Virus record (IMG/VR): IMGVR_UViG_3300006417_000331
Reading direction: 5' to 3' (one strand)
Origin: an uncultured virus (IMG/VR IMGVR_UViG_3300006417_000331)
Lineage: Duplodnaviria > Heunggongvirae > Uroviricota > Caudoviricetes
DNA: 20,000 bases
Shown here piece by piece: positions 14,855 to 20,000 of this stretch (position 1 is its first letter; each line of letters opens with the position of its first letter). Position numbers and translations under genes: made by a program. The notes under the pieces were generated by a model. The model searched no databases. It was not told the origin of the DNA and was given only the letters and a program-made list of their open reading frames with translations.

Positions 14855-14958
14855 TCCGGCTCGGTCATCATAATGCTTGGGATTATCCCTGGGCGGTCTT
14901 TCAGGCCGCTTGGGATGATCTTAAAGCGTCTATAAGGCCTCCAAATCAGGGTAATTGA
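14770..14958 (+). CDS. -1 frameshift extension of the tail chaperone (gpGT analogue; fusion 14495-14958, about 154 aa)
   Basis: Slippery heptamer T TTT TTC at 14770-14776. The -1 frame stays open to TGA 14956-14958 and encodes ...LERSVCALIRLGHHNAWDYPWAVFQAAWDDLK..., filling the gap before the tape measure gene. Confidence 0.78.
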   Translation, partial: FFRPVRSCNQSVAGTSGVYGLERSVCALIRLGHHNAWDYPWAVFQAAWDDLKASIRPPNQGN

Positions 14959-14970
14959 GAAGGAAGTCTT

Positions 14971-17900
14971 ATGGCTGTCAATGACTTGATGATGCGTATC
15001 CAGCTACTTACCGATACCGGAAAGTCTACTGGAGAACTGAAAAGACTCAGTACGCAAATCAACGCATTGGTCAGCCAGGTCAAATCGCTGGATCGTCTTT
15101 CGCTTGTCCCCTTAACCTCTGATCTTAGAACGATCAAGACAGCGCAAGACACTCTGAAAGCAACCAATCTACAGACGTTTGCCACCACGTTAAACACGGT
15201 AAAGCAGTCGTTAAGTGGATTAAAGGTCAATACGCAAGGCATTGATCTTCTTGCTCAGAGTTATCTTAATCTGCAACAACAACTCACTAAAGTCTCGTTA
15301 GCGACACAACAATATAGAATTAACTCGCAACGACTTGATGAGCAGCTAAAATCTGCTAAAAAACATACCCTCACTGCAACCGATCAATCGCGCAACAACG
15401 CCCTTCTGAATGCTCAGACTGATATTGATCGGTATACTAAAGGCATTCGGTTAGCAGAAACCGCTGCTCGTAGTCATCGTCAAACCATTCTTGAGTTAAA
15501 GAATGCGCTGGTTGCTGCTTCTGTTGTTCAAGTTGATCCGACCAAGAATGTTGATCTGGTTAAGTTGAGAGCATGGGCGAACGCTTCAGGCCGTGGCGTT
15601 CGTCCTGTAGCTGATCCAAAAGCGTTTTCTTCACTTCAAGCCTTTACCGATGAACTTGGAAAACAACAGGCTGCATTAGCACTTACAAAAGCAAAAGCCA
15701 GAAGCTATCAGGAAACTTTAGCTCAACTCAGACTTGAATCGCAACGAGCAGCCATTCCTGATCTGATGCCGAATGGGCGTAATTTAATTGGAGATTTAGA
15801 GAATGTGCGATCTAAGATCGCGCTGCTCACTACGCAAAGCATTGTTCCACTGACGGCTAAAATCAATGAATTACGCGCACTCTCTAATCTGGATCGGGCT
15901 TTTAATGTCGATCCATTACGAGCAAAGATTGCGGTGGCGCGGGCTGAGATACAGAAGTGGGCGCTTGATTTAAGAAAAGCAGTGATTACTGGAAATGAAT
16001 CTGAATCACTTTCCCTTCAAAATAAGATTGCTACTAATAAGCAGAAAATTGCTGATCTATCACTGGAGGCTGCAAACAGCAATCTGAAAATTATCGAAGG
16101 CGCTACGAAGTTAGCGGCGATTGAAACCAAAGCGCTGGTCAATAAAAAGAATGAAGTCGCTGGCTATAAAGATCAGGTGACAGCCATTCAGTCTATTATT
16201 GACGCACAAAAGCGGCTGGCGCAACAAAAGTTACAAGCAATCAATACCAAAGCTGGAGGTATACTTGATACTAAGGCATTACAGAATGCCAATCAAAGTG
16301 CAGCGAATGTTTATCAGGCCAACTTGGCTGCGCTCAAGAATTATCATACTGAACGTAAAGCGGCTGCACAGTCTGATGCTGCGGCAATCCAGCGCAATCT
16401 AATTGCGGTTCAGCAACAACTGGCGCAAGGGCAACTAACTAAAGCGCAATATCTTGCTGAACGCAATGCGATTAAAGAGGTCGTCTCTGAACAGAAGAAA
16501 TTATCTTCTGCTTATCAACAAACCTTGCGTGATCAAAAAGCAGCGTTGACGCTATCCTTGTCTGCTGAAAAGGCGAATGCCGCCAGCCTTAAAAATCAAG
16601 TGAAAGACCTTACGTTGCTGAATGCAGAAATCGCACGAAGCAAGGCGGTTGATCTGCGTGGTAAACTCACGACCTCTCAAGGCGCTCAGGCGAGTCTGAA
16701 GCAACAGATTCAAGAGACTCAAGCATTGGCCGAAGCCGAACTCAAACGGATTTCAATCCTCGACCGGATGGCAAATGCTTCTAAAAAAACATCCAGTCTT
16801 TTATCGATCCGTGGAACAGAAGATTTAATTAGAGAAACTGTTAAACGCTTGGCGGAACTTGGCGCACAAAGCGATCAGGTAAAAACCCGATTGGCGACCC
16901 TCGGTGCGTCTTCCAGTTTGCCCAAGATTAACGCGCAAATTAAATCAGTGCGTAATGAATTGGCTGAATTACGCAGTATTGGAATCCCGTCTTTAGCTCC
17001 AAGTCAAGCCTTGCAATTTGGAAATCTGCAAGCGCAACTAAAAGGGTTGCGGGAACAGCAACAACTGATGCGACAATTATCAGGGATTGATGTAAAGACG
17101 CTATCAAGTAAGGTTGAACTTGGCGATCTCAATAAACAGTTGACGCAATTACGTCAACTTCGTAATGAAATGAATCAGTTAAATCAGATCGCCAAAGGGT
17201 TCGGCAGAGGATTTGGGTTTTCTCTGACTCCAGAGCAACTTGGATTTAGCGCATTTCAAGTTATCTTTAGTGCTTTTGATACATTAAAAGATAAATTTAT
17301 TCAAGTCAACTCACAATCAGAAACATTGATTCGAGGACTTGAAGCAGTCTTTGGCCGAGGACAAGGAGAGGTTCAATTCTCAAAACTAACTGATCTGGCG
17401 AATACCTATGGACTTTCACTGCATGACCTTTCGCGCAACTACCTTTCACTGAATGCGTCTGCAAAAGGGACTGTGCTTGAGGGCAAAGAATCTGAAAAGA
17501 TATTCAAGTCTCTGTCTGCGGCCATGGCCGTATTAGGAGCCGATACGGTTAGCACCCAACGCGCCTTCCGTGCGGTCTCACAAATGATCTCAAAAGGACA
17601 GGTTTATTCTGAAGAACTCAAGGGCCAGTTGGCAGAAAGTTTACCAGGAGCCGTTAATCTGTTTGCCCGATCCATGGGCAAGACCACGCAAGACTTCTTG
17701 ATGATGGTTAAAGCAGGACAAGTAGGTTTGAATCAATTGGTTACATTCTTTGATCTGGTGCAGAAGGAATATGGGTCTGCGGCAACATCATCCACGACTT
17801 ATGAACAGGCCACCAATCGGTTAAGTAATGCGTATATGCTGTTGCTCAAGAACATTGGCGATACTGGAGTGTGGAAAAAACTTGTTTACTTCATTGATGA

Positions 17901-20000
17901 GGCCGGGCGTGGCCTTGATCTTTGGGCCAACAAGCTCGCCAATTCTCCTGTGAATGAAATTACCGAGCTTCTTAATCAACAAATAAAACCTATTGAGTTA
18001 TTGACTGATGAGCAATTCAATAGGCTGAAGTCAGCCGCAAAGTTAAACAAAATAGAAATCCCGGTGGTCGCAAAGTTTGATACTTTCGATGACTATATGA
18101 AGGATTTGAAGGCAAAATTTGATGCGATGCCCAAGGTAAAGTTAGGTGCGGAGACACTGACGATCACCTCTATAGGTTCCTTTGCTGATTTTGATGCCTA
18201 TATTGCAAAAACAAGACAACTAAAGGGTGAAACCGAAGCCTACAATCTGACGTTGCAGAAATCCGCAATGGCAAAGCAGTTGTTGGTTGATAAACAAAAT
18301 ATGGCCGAGCTTGAGGCGCAAATTGCGGCTATAAAAAATATGCGATCTGAATTGATTACTCTGGATCAGTATAGGAAAAATCTTAAAAATCAGGGTGCTT
18401 TTTATACTAGGATGCCTGATTCTACGTTTAATATAGTTTCGCTTAAACTTTATCAACAATCGCTTGATAAAATTCAAGCCGCAGAGCGAAAGTTGTATGA
18501 ATCAAAGCCCGGATATAAAAATGGGCTGCTTGATGTATTGGCTGCAATGAAAGCGTCTGTTTCTGCATCTGAACAAAGTGTAGCATCATCCGCAAAACAA
18601 AGCGCATTTAATAACAAATTGCTTCGTGACGAGCAGAACCTTCTTAACGTGCGGCAGCAATCGTATTCAGCGCTGTCTGCTGTTCAGAACTTTATAACAC
18701 AACGCAACCTAAAAGGGTCTGGCGTTAATGATGCATTGATTGCAGAACAATTATCAGTGAACAAGTTAACTGATTCCTATACTCAGTTATTAAAAGCAAA
18801 ATCTATAGAAAGCACTATTAAGGTCAATTCAGTTCATTCTGAAGATAACACCAGTAGTGAAGATCAGGCTGCGTTACGTAAACTGGTGGTAGATCAACTT
18901 AAACACGCGCAAACGGTCGCGCAGGGGGCAAATAATCTGTCACTGCAACTGTTGATTATGAACGAATTGAATCGAGTGCAAACCGAACTGACGGGAAAGA
19001 ACAGGGACAATACCGCACAACTCGCGCTTGCTGGAGATGCATCCGCTGCGGTTTTAGATAAAACCAAGTTATTTGCGACCTCGCTAAGTACCGCGTCAAG
19101 CCAAGGATATGCATTGGCTCGATCTATTTTTTCTGGCTTGGCGTATGCAGAAAAAATGAATCAACTTCAGGAACAGCAAAACATCCTATTGGCAAAGACC
19201 CAACAAATTCGTCTTAACGAATCAATTGACTACAAGGATAAGGTTCATCAGGCAGAAGAAGCAGCAAAGGCGATTAAAAAATCACAGGACGAGAGTGGAA
19301 ATTATTTTTCTCCTGAAAAAAAAGCTGCGGATCGTGAAGCGTTTAAGCAACGCACATTCTTTTCTGAAGCGGAAGCCAAGTTTGACCAGGCTAAGAAAGA
19401 ACGCAATCAGGAATTAAAAGGTCAGTTGATTGAGATTACTCGTGAGTATCTTAAACAGGCTATGACCAGCGCTACACAGGCAGGAGATACCTACGGACTT
19501 AAAAAAATCAGAGATTTTAATGTAGAACTGGATCAGTATAACGATAAAATTAACGCGGCCAGTGTAACAGCGCAACAAGCGCAATTATCCGATGTGTTTA
19601 AGATGGATAACGGGGTATTTGATGCGAATAAATCCTTTGACGCTTTTAGTGTAAAATATAATGAATTATTAAGACTTCGCCAAAAAGCATTGCAGGCTGC
19701 AAACGATCCGAACATCAGCAAAAGAGACATGGAAGAATGGAAACTACAGGCAGATAATGCTACACAACAGATTATAGCTTTGAATGCATTGTTTCCTCAG
19801 CTTAAACAGGCGGCTGAAGCGTCTGGACAAGCAGTAAAATGGACATTGCTGCCGCTTCCTAAAGAAGTATTAGACTCCGAACGGCTACGTCTTGACTCTA
19901 TTATGAGTCAGCCGGTAAAGACTTCTCTCCAACTTGATGTTTCAGAAGCCACCGCGCAAAACAATGCGTTTGTTGTTGAATTAACCAAACCCCTCACCAA
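14971..20000 (+). CDS. Tail tape measure protein (>1676 aa, 3'-truncated by the window edge)
   Basis: AAGGA SD before ATG 14971 (MAVNDLMMRIQL...). The stretches I translated are open, and the ORF track lists no closed ORF in this frame, consistent with no stop before the window end. Ala/Gln/Leu/Lys-rich helical sequence with the tape-measure motif QMISKGQVYSEELKGQLAESLPGA from 17581. Confidence 0.92.
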   Translation, partial: MAVNDLMMRIQLLTDTGKSTGELKRLSTQINALVSQVKSLDRLSLVPLTSDLRTIKTAQDTLKATNLQTFATTLNTVKQSLSGLKVNTQGIDLLAQSYLNLQQQLTKVSLATQQYRINSQRLDEQLKSAKKHTLTATDQSRNNALLNAQTDIDRYTKGIRLAETAARSHRQTILELKNALVAASVVQVDPTKNVDLVKLRAWANASGRGVRPVADPKAFSSLQAFTDELGKQQAALALTKAKARSYQETLAQLRLESQRAAIPDLMPNGRNLIGDLENVRSKIALLTTQSIVPLTAKINELRALSNLDRAFNVDPLRAKIAVARAEIQKWALDLRKAVITGNESESLSLQNKIATNKQKIADLSLEAANSNLKIIEGATKLAAIETKALVNKKNEVAGYKDQVTAIQSIIDAQKRLAQQKLQAINTKAGGILDTKALQNANQSAANVYQANLAALKNYHTERKAAAQSDAAAIQRNLIAVQQQLAQGQLTKAQYLAERNAIKEVVSEQKKLSSAYQQTLRDQKAALTLSLSAEKANAASLKNQVKDLTLLNAEIARSKAVDLRGKLTTSQGAQASLKQQIQETQALAEAELKRISILDRMANASKKTSSLLSIRGTEDLIRETVKRLAELGAQSDQVKTRLATLGASSSLPKINAQIKSVRNELAELRSIGIPSLAPSQALQFGNLQAQLKGLREQQQLMRQLSGIDVKTLSSKVELGDLNKQLTQLRQLRNEMNQLNQIAKGFGRGFGFSLTPEQLGFSAFQVIFSAFDTLKDKFIQVNSQSETLIRGLEAVFGRGQGEVQFSKLTDLANTYGLSLHDLSRNYLSLNASAKGTVLEGKESEKIFKSLSAAMAVLGADTVSTQRAFRAVSQMISKGQVYSEELKGQLAESLPGAVNLFARSMGKTTQDFLMMVKAGQVGLNQLVTFFDLVQKEYGSAATSSTTYEQATNRLSNAYMLLLKNIGDTGVWKKLVYFIDEAGRGLDLWANKLANSPVNEITELLNQQIKPIELLTDEQFNRLKSAAKLNKIEIPVVAKFDTFDDYMKDLKAKFDAMPKVKLGAETLTITSIGSFADFDAYIAKTRQLKGETEAYNLTLQKSAMAKQLLVDKQNMAELEAQIAAIKNMRSELITLDQYRKNLKNQGAFYTRMPDSTFNIVSLKLYQQSLDKIQAAERKLYESKPGYKNGLLDVLAAMKASVSASEQSVASSAKQSAFNNKLLRDEQNLLNVRQQSYSALSAVQNFITQRNLKGSGVNDALIAEQLSVNKLTDSYTQLLKAKSIESTIKVNSVHSEDNTSSEDQAALRKLVVDQLKHAQTVAQGANNLSLQLLIMNELNRVQTELTGKNRDNTAQLALAGDASAAVLDKTKLFATSLSTASSQGYALARSIFSGLAYAEKMNQLQEQQNILLAKTQQIRLNESIDYKDKVHQAEEAAKAIKKSQDESGNYFSPEKKAADREAFKQRTFFSEAEAKFDQAKKERNQELKGQLIEITREYLKQAMTSATQAGDTYGLKKIRDFNVELDQYNDKINAASVTAQQAQLSDVFKMDNGVFDANKSFDAFSVKYNELLRLRQKALQAANDPNISKRDMEEWKLQADNATQQIIALNALFPQLKQAAEASGQAVKWTLLPLPKEVLDSERLRLDSIMSQPVKTSLQLDVSEATAQNNAFVVELTKPLT

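Noticed and set aside
14946..19730. Short ORFs on either strand within the tape measure region, and other minus-strand ORFs across the window
   Set aside because: They are shadows of long + strand genes and have no recognisable motifs.

Overview
This is a 20 kb piece of a tailed dsDNA phage or prophage, with every credible gene on the + strand. No tail sheath gene is present in the window, so it is probably a siphovirus. Gene order: 3' part of the terminase large subunit, carrying a 340-aa LAGLIDADG intein that starts with Pro and has a block-F Cys (class 3-like); thymidylate synthase; DUF935/Mu-gp29-like portal; Mu-gpG-like morphogenesis protein; split class II ribonucleotide reductase (NrdJa/NrdJb); an accessory island; beta sliding clamp; wHTH and HAD-like proteins; prohead protease with a nested scaffold; head decoration protein; major capsid; Mu gp36/gp37-like proteins; tail tube; tail chaperone with a -1 frameshift; and a tape measure gene of over 1676 codons that runs off the window. 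The most unusual region is the island at 7676-8436. It holds a tRNA-like element with a degenerate anticodon arm, a 28-nt direct repeat bracketing one gene, and a compact ~170-nt multi-stem RNA with complementary hairpin loops whose 5' closing arm is that repeat. All protein calls come from motif recognition by eye, and no database searches were run.
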